64,000 nucleotides of DNA from the human T2T-CHM13v2.0 reference genome, Homo sapiens. Location: assembly GCA_009914755.4 (NCBI GenBank), contig CP086569.2, forward strand, positions 15,520,001-15,584,000, written 5' to 3'. Shown piece by piece: positions 1 to 12,200 of this stretch; the stretch's first letter is position 1, and each line of letters starts with the position of its first letter. The position numbers and the translations under genes are program-made. The notes below the pieces were generated by a model. That model ran no database searches. It saw only the letters and a list, made by a program, of their open reading frames with translations, and was not told where the DNA came from.

Positions 1-22
1 AACAAAAACAAAAACAAAAAAA
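1..22. repeat. A-rich (CAAAA)n-like tract preceding the first copy of the 46-bp flank repeat
   Basis: Sequence aacaaaaacaaaaacaaaaaaaa read directly. Its counterpart before the second flank copy is an A17 run at 4768-4784. Confidence 0.6.
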
Positions 23-66
23 ACTCCTGCTGCTAGCTCAGTGTCTGCCCAAATGGCTGCCCAGTT
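23..66. repeat. Direct repeat copy 1 (about 45 bp) flanking the L1 at 64-4767; putative unusually long target-site duplication
   Basis: actcctgctgctagctcagtgtctgcccaaatggctgcccagttt is about 87% identical (6 mismatches) to 4785-4828 actcctgcagctagctcagtgttggcccaaatgatcgcccagttt. Both copies are preceded by A-rich tracts and sit immediately outside the two ends of the minus-strand L1. Confidence 0.55.
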
Positions 67-103
67 TGTTTGTTTGTTTGTTTGTTTATTTATTTATTTA
101 TTT
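64..103 (-). repeat. (TTTG)n(TTTA)n simple repeat, the reverse-complemented A-rich 3' tail of the L1
   Basis: gtttgtttgtttgtttgtttatttatttatttatttt lies immediately before the reverse complement of the L1 3' terminus (actttaagttctagggtacatgtgcac). Confidence 0.8.
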
Positions 104-1207
104 TACTTTAAGTTCTAGGGTACATGTGCACAACATGCAGGTTTGATACATGGGTATATATGTGCCACATTGGCTTGCTGCACCCATCAATTCATCCTTT
201 ACATTAGGTATTTCTCCTAATGCTATCCCTCCCCAAGCCCCTCAGTGCCTGACAGGCCTCCATGTGTGACGTTCCCCACCCTGTGCCCAAATGATCTCAT
301 TGTTCAGTTTCCACCTATGAATGAGAACATGTGGTGTTTGGTGTTCTGTTCTTGTGACAGTTTACTGAGGATGATGGTTTCCAGCTTCATCTACGTCCCT
401 GCAAAGGACATGATCTCATCCTTTTTTATGGCTGCATAGTATTCCATGGTGTATAAGTCCCACATTTTCTTAATCCGTCTATCATTGATGGACATTTGGG
501 TTGGTTCCAAGTCTTTGCTATTGTGAATTCTGCTGCAATAAACATATGTGTTCATGTGTCTTTATAGGAGCATGATTTATAATCCTTTGGGTATATACCT
601 AGTAATGGGATTGCTGGGTCAAATGGTAAATCTAGTTCTTGATCTTTGAGGAATCATCACACTGTCTTCCACAATGGTTGAAATAATTTACGCTCCCACC
701 AACAGTGTAAAATGTTACTATTACTCCACATCCTCTCCAGCATCTGTTGTTCACTGACGTTTTAATGACTGCCATTCTAACTGGTGTGAATGGTATCTCA
801 TTGTGGTTTTGATTTGTGTTTCTCTAATGACCAGTGAAGATGAGCATTTTTTCATGTGCCTGTTGCTATATAGATGTATTCTTTTGAGAAGTGTCTGTTC
901 ATATCCTTTGCCCACTTTTTGTTGGGGTTGTTTGCTTTTTCTTGTAAATTTGACTTTGAGTTGTTTGTAGATTCTGGATATTAACCCTTTGTCAGATGGG
1001 TAGATTGCAACAATTTTCTCCCATTCTGTAGGTTGCCTGTTCTCTGTGGTGGTAGTTTCTTTTGCCATGCAGAAGCTCTTTAGTTTAATTAGATCCCATT
1101 TGTCTATTTTGGGTTTTGTTGCCATTGCTTTTGGTATTTTAGTCGTGAAGTCCTTGCCCATGCCTTTGTCCTCAATGGCATTGTCTAGGATTCTTCTAGG
1201 ATTTTTA

Positions 1208-1315
<108 letters not shown>

Positions 1316-3928
1316 CTACCACTGTTTGTTAAATAGGGAATCTTTTTCCCATTTCTTGTTTTTGTCAGGTTTGTCAAACATTAGATGGTTGTAGATGTGT
1401 GTGTTATTTCTGAGGCCTCTGTTCTGTTCCATTGGTCTATATATCTGTTTTGTACCAGTACCATGCCATTTTGGTTACTGTAGGATTGTAGTATAGTTTG
1501 AAGTCAGGTAGTGTGATGCCTCCACCTTCATTCTTTTTGCTTAGGATTGTCTTGGCAATGCAGGCTCTTTTTTGGTTTCATATGTACTTTAAAGCAGTTT
1601 TTTTTTTTCCAATTCTGTGAAGAAAGTCATTGGCAGCTTGATGGGGATGGCATTGAATCTATAAATTACTTTCGGCAATATGGCCATTTTCATGATATTT
1701 ATTCTTCCTATCCATGAGCATGGAATATTCTTCCATTTGTCTTTGTCCTCTTTTATTTCATTGAGCAGTGGTTTGTAGTTCTCCTTGAACAGGTCCTTCA
1801 CATCCCTTTTAAGTTGTATTCCTAGGTATTTTATTCTTTTTGTGGCAATTGTGAATGGGAGTTCACGCATGATTTGGCTCTCTGTTTGTCTGTGAATGGT
1901 GTATGTAATTGATTTTGTATCCTGAGACTTTGCTGAAATTGCTTATCAGCTTAAGGAGACTTGGCTTTGAGATAATGGGGTTTTCTAAATATATGATCAT
2001 GTCATCTCCAAACAGGTACAATTTGACTTCCTCATTTCCTAATTGAATATCCTTTATTTCTCTCTCTTGCCTGATTGCCCTGGCCAGAACTTCCAACACT
2101 ATATTGAATAGGAGTGGTGAGAGAGGGCATCCTTGTTTGTGCTGGTTTTCAAAGGAATGCTTCCAGTTTTTGCCCATTCAGTATGATATTGATTGTGGGT
2201 TTGTAAAAAAATAGCTCTTATTATCTTGAGATATGTTTCATCAATACCTCGTTATTATTTTGAGATATGTTTCATCAATATCTAGCTTATTGAGAATTTT
2301 TAGCTTGAAGGCTGTTGAATTTTGTCAAAGGCCTTTTATGCATCTATTGAGATAATCATGTGCTTTTGACATCGGTTCTGTTTATGTGATGGATGACGTT
2401 CAATGTATATGTTGAACCAGCCTTACATCCCAGGGATGAAGCCAACTAGATTGTGGTGGATAAGCTTTTTGATGTGCTGCTGGATTCAGTTTGCCAGTAT
2501 TTTACTGAGGATATTCACATTAAAGTTCATCAGGGATATTGGTCTAAAATTCTCTTTTTTGTTGTTGTGCCTCTGCCAGGCTTTGCTATCAGGAAGTTCT
2601 TGGCCTCATAAAATAAGATAGGGAGAATTCCCTCTTTTTCTATTGATTGGAATAGTTTCAGAAGGAATTGTACCAGCTTCTCTTTGTACCTCTGGTAGAA
2701 TTCAGCTGTGAATCTGTCTGGTCCTGGACTTTTTTTGGTTGGTAGGCTATTAATTGTTGCCTCAATTTCAGAGCCTGTTATTGGTCTATTCAGATTCCAT
2801 TTCTTCCTGGTTTAGTCTTGGGAGGGTGTATGTGTCCAGGAATTTATCTATTTCTTCTAGATTTTCTAACTTATTTGTGTGGAGGTGTTTACAGTATTCT
2901 CTGATGGTAGTTTGTATTTCTGTGGGATCAGTGGTGACGTCCTTTTTATCTTTTTTTATTGCATCTATTTGATTCTTCTCTCTTTTTTTCTTTATTAGTC
3001 TTGCTATCAGTCTATCAATTTTGTTGATCTTTTCAAAAAACCAGTTCCTGGATTCATTCATTTTTTGAAGGATTTTTTGTGTCTTTATCTCTTTCAATTC
3101 TGCTTGGATCTTAGTTATTTCTTGCCTTCTGCTAGCTTTTGAATTTGTTCTTGCTTCTCTAGTTCTTTTAATTCTGATGTTAGGGTGTCGATTTTAGATC
3201 TTTCCTGCTTTCCCTTGTGGGCATTTAGTGCTATAAATTTCCCTCTACACACCATTTTAAATGTTTCCCACAGATTCTGGTACATTGTGTCTTTGTTCTC
3301 ACTAGTTTCAAATAACATCCTTATTTCTGCCTTCATTTCATTATTTACCCAGTAGTCATTCAGGAGCAAGTTGTTCAATTCCCAAATAGTTGTGCAGTTT
3401 CAAGTGAGTTTCTTAATCCTGAGTTCTAATTTGATTGCAATGTGGTATGAGAAACAGTTTATTGTGATTTCTGTTGTTCTGCATTTGCTGAGGAGTGCTG
3501 TACTTCCAATTATGTGGTGAATTTTAGAATAAGTATGATGTGGTGCTGAGAAGAATAGACATTTTGTTGATTTGGAGTGTAGAGTTCTGTAGATGTCTAT
3601 TAGGTCTGGTTTTTGCAGAGCTGAGTTCGGTTCCTGGATATCCTTGTTAACCTCCTGTTTCATTGATCTGTCTAATATTGACAGTGGGGTGTTAAAGTCT
3701 CCCATTAACATTGTGTGGGAGTCTAAGTCTCTTTGTAGGTCTCTAAGGACTTGCTTTACGAATCTGGGTGCTCTTGTATTGGGTGTATATATATTTACGA
3801 TAGTTAGCTCTTCTTGTTGAATTGATCCCTTTACCATTATATAATGGCCTTCTTTGTCTCTTTTGATCTTTGTTGGTTTCAAGTCTGTTTTATCATAGAC
3901 TAGGATTGCAACCCCTGCTTTTTTCTTC

Positions 3929-3957
3929 TTCTTTACGTTTTTTTTTTTTTTTTTTTT
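3929..3957. repeat. Poly-T homopolymer (about 29 nt), an expansion of the A-rich KQKKAG-coding stretch of L1 ORF2 as read on the minus strand
   Basis: Run of T read directly. The flanking sequence translates on the minus strand to L1 ORF2 on both sides. Confidence 0.7.
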
Positions 3958-4767
3958 TGCTTTCTATTTGCTTGGTAGATCTTCCTCCATCTTTTTATTT
4001 TGAGTCTATTTGAGTCTTTGCACGTGAGATGGGTCTCCTGGATCCACTCCAGACGCTGTGTGCCTGAGTATCACTAGGAGAGGCTGCAGAACAGCAAATA
4101 ATTCTGCCTGATTCTTCCTCTGGAAGCTTTGTTTCAGAGGGGCACAAGCCAGATGCCAGTTGGAGCTCTTCTGTATAAAGTGTCTGTCGACCCATCCTGG
4201 GAGGTGTCTCCCAGTCAGGAGGCAAGGGGGTCAGGGACCCACTTGAGAAGGCAGTCTCTTCCTTAGCATAGCTCAAATGCTGTGCCTGGAGATCCACTGC
4301 TCTCCTCAGAGCAGTTTAATTCTGCTGAAGCTATGCCCAAAGCTGTCCCTTTCCCTAGGTGCTCTGTTTCAGAGAGATGGATGTTTTTTTCTATAAGTCC
4401 CTGACTGGTGCTGCTGCCTTTCTTTCAGAGTTGCCCTGCCAGTGAGGAACAATCTAGAGAGGCAGTCTGGCCACAGATGCTTTGCTGCACTCTGGTGGGT
4501 TCTGATGAAATTTCGGGCTGCTTTTTTTTAATCTGTGAGGGGAAAACCTCCTACTGGAGCCTCAGTAATGGCAGACAACCCTCCCCCTACCAAGCTTGAG
4601 TGTCTCAGGTGGACTTCAGAGTAGTGTGCTGCCAGGGAGAATTTCAAGACATTGGATCTTAGCTTGCTGGGCTCCATGAGGGTGGAATCTGCTGAACAAG
4701 ACCACTTGGCTTCCTGGCTTCAGCCCCCATTCCAGGGGAATGAAAGGTTCTGTCTCACTGGATTATG

Positions 4768-4784
4768 AAAAAAAAAAAAAAAAA
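4768..4784. repeat. A17 run between the L1 5' end and the second copy of the flank repeat
   Basis: Read directly. Confidence 0.7.
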
Positions 4785-4828
4785 CTCCTGCAGCTAGCTC
4801 AGTGTTGGCCCAAATGATCGCCCAGTTT
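4785..4828. repeat. Direct repeat copy 2 (partner of 23-66), on the 5' side of the minus-strand L1
   Basis: See copy 1. About 87% identity over 44-45 bp. Confidence 0.55.
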
Positions 4829-5195
4829 CGTGCTTGAAAACAAGGGCCTTGGTGGTATAGGCACCTTAGGGAATCTCCCGGTCTACAGGTTGTAAAAACT
4901 GTGGGAAAAACATAGTATCTGGGCTATGTCACAGTCCCTCATGGTTTCCATTTGCTAGGGGAGGAAGGTACCTGTCGCCGTGCACTTCCCAGGTGAGTCA
5001 GTGCCCCATCCTACTTCTGCTCACCCTCCATGGGACACATCCACTCTCTAACCAGTTCCAATGAGATGAACTGAGTACCTCAGTTGGAAATGCAGAAATC
5101 ACCTGCCTTCTGATTTGTCTCACTAGAAGCTGCAGAATAGAGCTGTTCATATGTGGCCATCCTGCCAGATCCTCCCTAATTTATATGTTAGTATA

Positions 5196-5232
5196 TTTTC
5201 ACACACACTCACACACATACACACATACATGG
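5196..5232. repeat. (CA)n-like low-complexity tract
   Basis: cacacacactcacacacatacacacatacatgg read directly. Confidence 0.6.
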
Positions 5233-6364
5233 CAGCACTAAATTATATTCTCTAAATGTACCTACAGATACTTAATCATTTGCACAGCCACTATCATTTT
5301 ATGCTTGATGGCTTAGACAAGTAACTCTCACTTGTGGGTGGTTTTGGCCACCAGGGGTCATTCAGCACTGTCTGGAGACATTTTCCACAGTTAAAACTGG
5401 GTAGGAGGTGCCACCATCATCTAGTGAGTTGAAACTGGGAATGCTGCAAAATACCATACAGTTTAGAGGCGGCATCTCTACAACAAAGAATCATATGGTT
5501 CACAAATCATTATCATTGTGCTGAGATGCGGCAATGCTGAGCTTCAGACTATAGCAATTTTTTGCAAATTTGCTAAATTTCAAAAAATGAAGGAATAAAA
5601 AAAGATAGCTCTCAACCTGTGGGTATTGTGAATGCCTAACTTAGACTTAGGAAGCGTACAGGTGCCCTTGGGCTTGTCTTCTTTGTCTGCTGCTAGTTTA
5701 TAATTGTTCACTGCCCATCAGGACCTTGTGGGTTATAGATTTAGATAGAGGAAGGATTTGATCATACAGGTGGGTCAGTCATAACCAATATGTGAGTCAC
5801 AGTCTCACTCACATTGAGTTTGAGAATTTAAGGCATGGGCTGGAATTCCTCATGGAACTGACATTATAAACCTGGGAAGAAATCTACCCACTGAATTCCA
5901 CTTGAGCTGTCTGTTTCAGCAACTGTTCAATACTTTGAGGTTACATACTATCTCATTTAATCCCAACCTGGGATAGTGTGTAATACCAAATTCTTTACAG
6001 CTACATGGGATTAAATTAGGTAGTATGTGAAATTCCAAATAGTAAATTGGTAAAGTGATGCCTAATGAATTTGAATGAGCTGCTGCCAGCCTACTTAGTA
6101 CTAACAGTGAGCTAATAGCACCTTGTGTCCCTGTACCCAGAAGTCTTTCTTGCAGGACTGTAGCGAACATGTCAGCATGTTGTCTACGTTGACTGGACAT
6201 CTTCTGTTCTCTTCAGCCTTTGCCTGTGTATGCTCCTGTCCTGCTCTGCACAATTTAATGAAGCAGGTGGGACACACTAGTTTACCCTTTTAGTAGTCTG
6301 CATAGATTGACTTGCTTCCCTCAGTTCACAGAGATAGCTTCCCAGGATACAGATTTATCTGAAT

Positions 6365-6832
6365 TACAAGTTGATGGCTTCATTGTTCACAATAGCAAAG
6401 ACATGGAATCAACCTAAATGCCCATCAGCGGCAGACTGGATAAAGAAAATGTGGTTCATATGTACCATGGAATAGTATGTAGTCATAATAAAAGAATGAG
6501 ATTATGTCCTTTGAAGGAATATGGATGGAACTCGAGGCTATTATCCTTAGCAAATTAATGCAGAAACAGTAAACCACATACTTCATATTCTCTCTTATAA
6601 GTTGGAGCTAGAAATGAGAACTTACGAACACAAAGAAGGAAACAATAGAAAAAGGAGCATATTGGAGGGTGGGCAGTGGTAGGAGGTAGAAGATTAGGAA
6701 AAATATTTATTGGGAATGAGGCCTTGTATCTGGGTGATGAAATAATCAGTACAACTAATGCCTGTGACATAAGTTTACCTGTATGGCAAACTTGCACACC
6801 TACCCCTGAAGCCAAAATAAAAGTTATAAAAA
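6365..6832 (+). mobile_element. Old L1 (L1PB/L1MA-like) 3'-end fragment, plus strand
   Basis: ttcacaatagcaaagacatggaatcaacctaaatgcccatcagcggcagactggataaagaaaatgtggttcatatgtaccatggaatagtatg...gcaaacttgcacacctacccctgaagccaaaataaaagtt matches the L1 ORF2 C-terminus and 3'UTR consensus. Confidence 0.8.
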
Positions 6833-8189
6833 AGGTGATGGTCTCACCTATTCTCTTGGGGAAGGCTCCAAAAGTAACAGCTACCTCTAGTTAAAAATCT
6901 TCTGGTTAAAAAAAGAAGCAACCAAACACGACATCACTCTTTGTTTTTCTTGTCTGTCTCTTAATTATTCAGAAATGGGATTGCTGCATGGCAGACATCC
7001 GAATGTTGTCTACAGTACAATTCAGAGTTAGTAGCAAACACCTAAATCAGCCATTTGATGAGATGCTATTTGTCACTTTCAAAGTTACAATCCAGATTTT
7101 CAGTGCATTTTCATCCAACTCTGTTGAACTTTTCCCAGGATGTCATGTACTATGGAATTTCCCCCCAGTAGGTATTATTGTTCTGTGATAGATCCAGTTC
7201 CAATATGTTTTATTAAAAAGAAAAAGCCATGTGATGTATTTTGTTCAATTGATTACTTAAATGAAATGGATAACTATTTTCTGATGCAAATGCTCTGAGT
7301 AACCCACAAATTCCTCAGAAACACATTTGCATACTTTGAGATGAAGAACACTCTAAATGCACCCTCCTTGTGACACCTAGTGAAACGTTTTCTGTCCCTA
7401 GAGGATCATTTGACATACTGTCCATTGCTGCACAACATTCTTTTATTGTCACAGGAGCAGCGATTTCCCTAGGGATAGTCATATTATCCTTGTAGGGACC
7501 AATTGAGGTGGTGACCCTTTAAAAGTTGACTCCAGTCTTAATGGGAAAGTAACTCAAATGTAGCCTTAGATTTTTAAATGGGATACAGGGTGAAGAGGAT
7601 ACCCTCTCAGGCATGCAGCAGCTTACTGCAAAGTCAGGATAATTGCATCAACACTTTTAGTTATGAAAGAAGTCTTCAAGAGACCAGCACTGAAGCATGT
7701 ACTTGAAATGCACCATCTTGTACAGTTTTTTTTTTTTTTACAAGAAACTGAGATTCAGAACAGTGAAGTATGTAGCCTAAATATATATGTGCACTTGAGT
7801 AGAACAAGGAAAATTCGTGTCCAAAGTCTACACTCTTTTCATTTGATGATTTTCCCCTTGTGGCCTGATAAATATCCACATCACAATGACAGGATGGCCT
7901 GGATGCATGCTTCTATTTTGCTCCTACTGGAAAACTTTTAGATCTGCATGCATATCCCCTTAGGAAAGAGTGAAAATTGCCTTAAACATTTGAGAAAAAG
8001 TTCTTTTGATAACCCGTCTGGTAAACAATAGTGAAATTGGTAGGTGTCATTATTATCACTTGCATAACCTGTACAATTCTTGAACGTCGGTTTGTTCATT
8101 CAACATAGATGTGATGAGTGTTTTCTAAATGTCAGGCATTGTTTCTGGTGATAGGATATACAGCCAGGATTAAGAAAAGTGATGGACAC

Positions 8190-8478
8190 TAGGCATGGTG
8201 ACTGACGCGTGTTATCCCAACACTTTGAAAGTTTGATTGAGGAGGATCTCTTTAGGCCAGCCTGGATAACATAGAGACACCTATGTCTACAAAAATTCCA
8301 ATGAATTGCCCGGACATACTGGTGCATGCTTGTAGTCCCAGCTACTCGGGAGGCTGAGGTGGGAGGTTGGCTTTAGCCCAGGAGTTGGAGGCTGCAGTGA
8401 GCTGTGATAGCACCACTGCCCTGCAGCTTTGGCAATATGGCAAGACACCATCTGTAAAAAAAAATAATAATAATAAAG
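8190..8478 (+). mobile_element. Alu (diverged, AluJ/S-like), plus strand
   Basis: ggcatggtgactgac...cccaacactttg...gcctggataacatagagacacc...tagtcccagctactcgggaggctgaggtgggagg...gcagtgagctgtgatagcaccactgccctgcagc, followed by an A-rich tail. Confidence 0.85.
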
Positions 8479-8650
8479 ACAAGTTATGTTTTTGCTATTG
8501 TCGACTATGTGGAGATGGCACTATACACATTCATATACAAATGAATAGGAATTTCATAGAGAGATGTTGTGGATTTCATGGAAGAGCCAGCCAGTGTTCT
8601 AGGTGATCATTGTGTGGCTTCATTATTCTTGTCTGCTTTCTCCCTCCTTT

Positions 8651-8652
8651 AG
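8651..8652 (+). promoter_or_regulatory. NLGN4Y: Candidate 3' splice acceptor (polypyrimidine tract ctgctttctccctccttt followed by AG) for the ATG-containing exon. An alternative acceptor ctttctgcAG lies at 8689-8690
   Basis: A pyrimidine-rich tract at 8629-8650 followed by AG. This implies the ATG exon is not the first exon, as for neuroligin-4 genes whose upstream exons are untranslated. The choice between the two AG sites cannot be made from sequence alone. Confidence 0.45.
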
Positions 8653-8763
8653 GTTGCATTGGAGTTTTCGAAAGACTTATCTTTCTGCAGGCTCGCCTCT
8701 GAGCTTTGTCTCCTTGGAGCCACCTCACTTAGACAGCTTCGGATGTGGATGCAGATTTGAACC
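8653..8763 (+). other. NLGN4Y: 5'UTR portion of the ATG-containing exon (boundary tentative)
   Basis: Lies between the candidate acceptor and the ATG at 8764. The start codon is in weak Kozak context gaaccATGt. Confidence 0.4.
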
Positions 8764-9235
8764 ATGTTGCGTCCCCAGGGACTGCTATGGCTCCCTTTGT
8801 TGTTCACCTCTGTCTGTGTCATGTTAAACTCCAATGTTCTTCTGTGGATAACTGCTCTTGCCATCAAGTTCACCCTCATTGACAGCCAAGCACAGTATCC
8901 AGTTGTCAACACAAATTATGGTAAAATCCAGGGCCTAAGAACACCATTACCCAGTGAGATCTTGGGTCCAGTGGAGCAGTACTTAGGGGTCCCCTATGCC
9001 TCACCCCCAACTGGAGAGAGGCGGTTTCAGCCACCAGAATCCCCATCCTCCTGGACTGGCATCCGAAATGCTACTCAGTTTTCTGCTGTGTGCCCCCAGC
9101 ACCTGGATGAAAGATTCTTATTGCATGACATGCTGCCCATCTGGTTTACCACCAGTTTGGATACTTTGATGACCTATGTTCAAGATCAAAATGAAGACTG
9201 CCTTTACTTAAACATCTATGTGCCCATGGAAGATG
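8764..9235 (+). CDS. NLGN4Y: First coding exon of neuroligin-4: signal peptide plus the start of the carboxylesterase-like ectodomain, aa 1-157 plus the first base of codon 158. It ends at the GTGAGT donor with intron phase 1, and the CDS continues in exons not identified in this window. The residue pattern fits the Y-linked gametolog
   Basis: Translation [158 protein letters not shown] is the neuroligin N-terminus, including the conserved esterase-fold motifs GPVxQ(Y/F)LGVPYAxPP and [11 protein letters not shown]. Ser93 (QPPESPSS) contrasts with Pro93 in NLGN4X (QPPEPPSS) as I recall the known functional X/Y difference. The open frame in the ORF track runs on to 9324, but the consensus donor ATG|GTGAGT at 9236 ends the exon. 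Confidence 0.85.
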
Positions 9236-9241
9236 GTGAGT
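9236..9241 (+). promoter_or_regulatory. NLGN4Y: 5' splice donor GTGAGT closing the NLGN4Y first coding exon
   Basis: gaagatg|gtgagtacc matches the MAG|GTRAGT consensus. Neuroligin exon 1 ends after ...VP(T/M)EDG in all paralogs. Confidence 0.8.
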
Positions 9242-12165
9242 ACCTCACTGGAACAGAAAACAATACTTCTTGTGCAGTGTGTGGAGAGATTTACCAGGAG
9301 GGTTTTATAATGTCTCTTGCATGATCTTTTCTATAACCTGTTTATTTTATTTTAATTTATTTTTCATATTCCAAATGCAATTCTTGCAGCAGCTTACCAC
9401 ATGTTCCACTTGTATATATTGGGACATCTACTGGATGGACAAAACTATAAATAATGACTTTATTTTCATATATTACCTAATTAATGTTTTATAATTTTAT
9501 TTGCAGATGAAAATTAACATGAGCATATAGTGTTGCATGTTATACCTGAATCATCTGTAAAGGAATGAATCCATAGAAAAAATAATAGAATTAAGTACAC
9601 TACCATGCTCCAGTTTACAAACTGAAAGATAGAGAAAATGGTTCTTTCTGCCATAATGACTTGAGATATTAGCACCTTTTTTGAGTTTTGAAAGAAAAAC
9701 TTTATTTTTTTTAATATACAAGCATGAGGTAGTTCATACAATGATAGGATTTCATTGTTTAGAATCCATTTTCTTAATGTAAATTTGGACTTTGTTTTCT
9801 TCCAAGATCCACTACGATCAAATGACAAAATATAGTCAGATGATTCTAGCTACATTAGACGTGATGTGTTTATATTTTTAAAAATTTCCTCTTTTTTCTA
9901 TAAAACACCAATGAAAGTCTGTAAACACAAAAACATTTAATATATTAACCTAATGTTAGTAAAACATGAATAGTTTTATGTCTGTATAGATTTCAAATTC
10001 AGATTTCCTCGAAGAATAACCAAAGTTATGCCACAGTGGTATCATATTTCCCGGTTAGCATTTCCATATGCCATTTTTAGATGAGGAGAAAGGACAACAG
10101 AGAACAAAATATACCTGGAAAGAAAGGAAATAATTTGTGAGAATAATAGACATATCTAATGTAGAAACTAGAGCTTGTCTTTTGCATAAAGCTCTTCGTG
10201 GAGAATGTGATAAATTTCTTTTATGGAGAATTTTTTTCTTCTCATTGTTCTTTACACTTTAATACCTGGAAAATATTTTTCAGTAAAATTTGGCTGAAAG
10301 TATTAAATAAACAATTACATTAATTCATTGATCTCCAAAATTATATTGCATCTGTCAGATTACTCTCTCTCCAGGTAATTGCTAGTTAGTCTAAGTAGAG
10401 CGTCATTAAAAACTAGACCAGGGTTGTGTGCCATTGAGATTACAAATTGCCATTGAGATTACAAGGAACAGTTCAGAGTAAAAAAGTAAAGGACCCTGCT
10501 TCATCATATTAGTGGTTTCTAGAATATTGCCCTTGTCATTAGGGTGACAGATCTCCCAATCATCTCATAAAATCCAGGTCTGAATGTGACTGAAGGAGTC
10601 AAACTGACGTTTGGATGCTGTACTTCCATGGGGTGTTCTGTGCTGTCTCTGTGCCTAATAGTCCCCTTTGTGCATGTGTGTGATGAGAAAGAGCTGTCAA
10701 AATCTATTAGGGTTCTCATTTGAGCAGCCACCTGGGTTGAGATCTTTCTCATAAAGGAACTATTCAAACCAAAAGTAAAAAGAATGGAATACAAAAATTC
10801 AGAGAAAAACCCCAAACAGGACAAAGTATTACAATTGCTTTTATAATACATTGGATATGCTAGAGTCTAGGACCTGGTGATTTTATAGAGCTAGCCTTGG
10901 CAACAATGAATGCACTTCAAATAGGATGCCTCCTCATATAGGATGTTGGATGGAATGAGACCACCCATGAAAAAAATCAATAGCTTCCATGACAGCAGAG
11001 CCCTGTAGGTACAATTGTGTGGATGGAGACCACAAACAGGGTGGACGTTTCATTGTGATTCAGTATTGAATTGTAATTTGGGGAGTATAACTCTGTGAAA
11101 AATGCTATTCAGTGAAAAAGTAATCCAAATTTCATAATAAACCCAGTTCCACTTCTATTCTTTAGTCTTTTTGAAGCAATATGCGCATACGATCTTGAAA
11201 AGGGAATCAGAAATTTAATAGTGACTGAAAAGGTAGAATAAATCTCCCCACAATGTGTAAACTTTAAAATTTTGCTTGTGAGAGTTCAAAGCTACAGCCC
11301 TGCATGTTTACACAAACCACAAGTCACAGACTATCGAGTTAGGAGGGTTTTTTGTTTGTTTCCTCGGTTGTTTTTGTATCTCTATCAACTCGATAGGCAA
11401 TACAAAGACTTAGATATTTAATTATTGTTCATTCACTAAGTGAATGAACTCTGCATTCATAACAACCTACTGAAATGTTGGCATCACGCTGATTCTCTCC
11501 AAAGGCCTTCTCTTAGGCAGTATCTGAATTCATATCAGTGCTTTTGTTTAGCAGGATAGAAATATTATTATCTGGAATTCAGAATTCTACTCTGACCACT
11601 TAGAATCTCTACTTTTTTTGTTTAGCTTTGTCTTTCTGCCTTGATCATATTTGCTAAAACTTTCACATTCTTAATTTCATAAAATGTGTACATTTATTAA
11701 AAATGCAAAAACAGACTTTATTTCAGTTAAGTACTTATTCTTAAATTTAAGAAATAACTTGGATGAGAAGTGTTGGACATTTCTTTGTAGTACAATAGTT
11801 TCATGAAACATAAATTGTTTTTCGGTAGAAAGCAGTATTTTTTATAATTCCCTTCAAATAAATCACATCTTGCTGAAGTTGAGTCTTTTCGTTCAAATTG
11901 TCATCATGATCTACTAAGCTTAGTCTTGAGTCTTTATACCTAATTACAAATTTCTATATTTGTAATTAGCTATGCCATACAAATTTATTTAGATTTTATA
12001 TATTATAAATTTCTTTATTGTCTAGATGACAGGTTAATTAACTTAAATTGCATATTTAACATTTTGATAGGTGCTCAAGTAAGGTCAAAATCAAAGCCAG
12101 TCAGAAGCTCTAGTAGGACACATGGGATATTGCTCACAAGGAAGAGTTGGAGACCGCATCCGCAT

Positions 12166-12200
12166 GGTGTGTGTGTATGTGTGTGTGTGTTTGAGAGTTT
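12166..12200. repeat. (GT)n microsatellite
   Basis: gtgtgtgtgtatgtgtgtgtgtgtttgagagtttgtg read directly. Confidence 0.8.

Noticed and set aside
2221-2290. 35-bp tandem duplication (ttgagatatgtttcatcaatacc x2) inside the L1
   Set aside because: It is real but trivial: a slippage duplication within a dead transposon, with no functional implication.
9236-9324. Continuation of the NLGN open reading frame past the codons for EDG ([28 protein letters not shown])
   Set aside because: It begins exactly at a consensus GTGAGT donor and has no neuroligin homology. It is read-through into the intron, not coding sequence.
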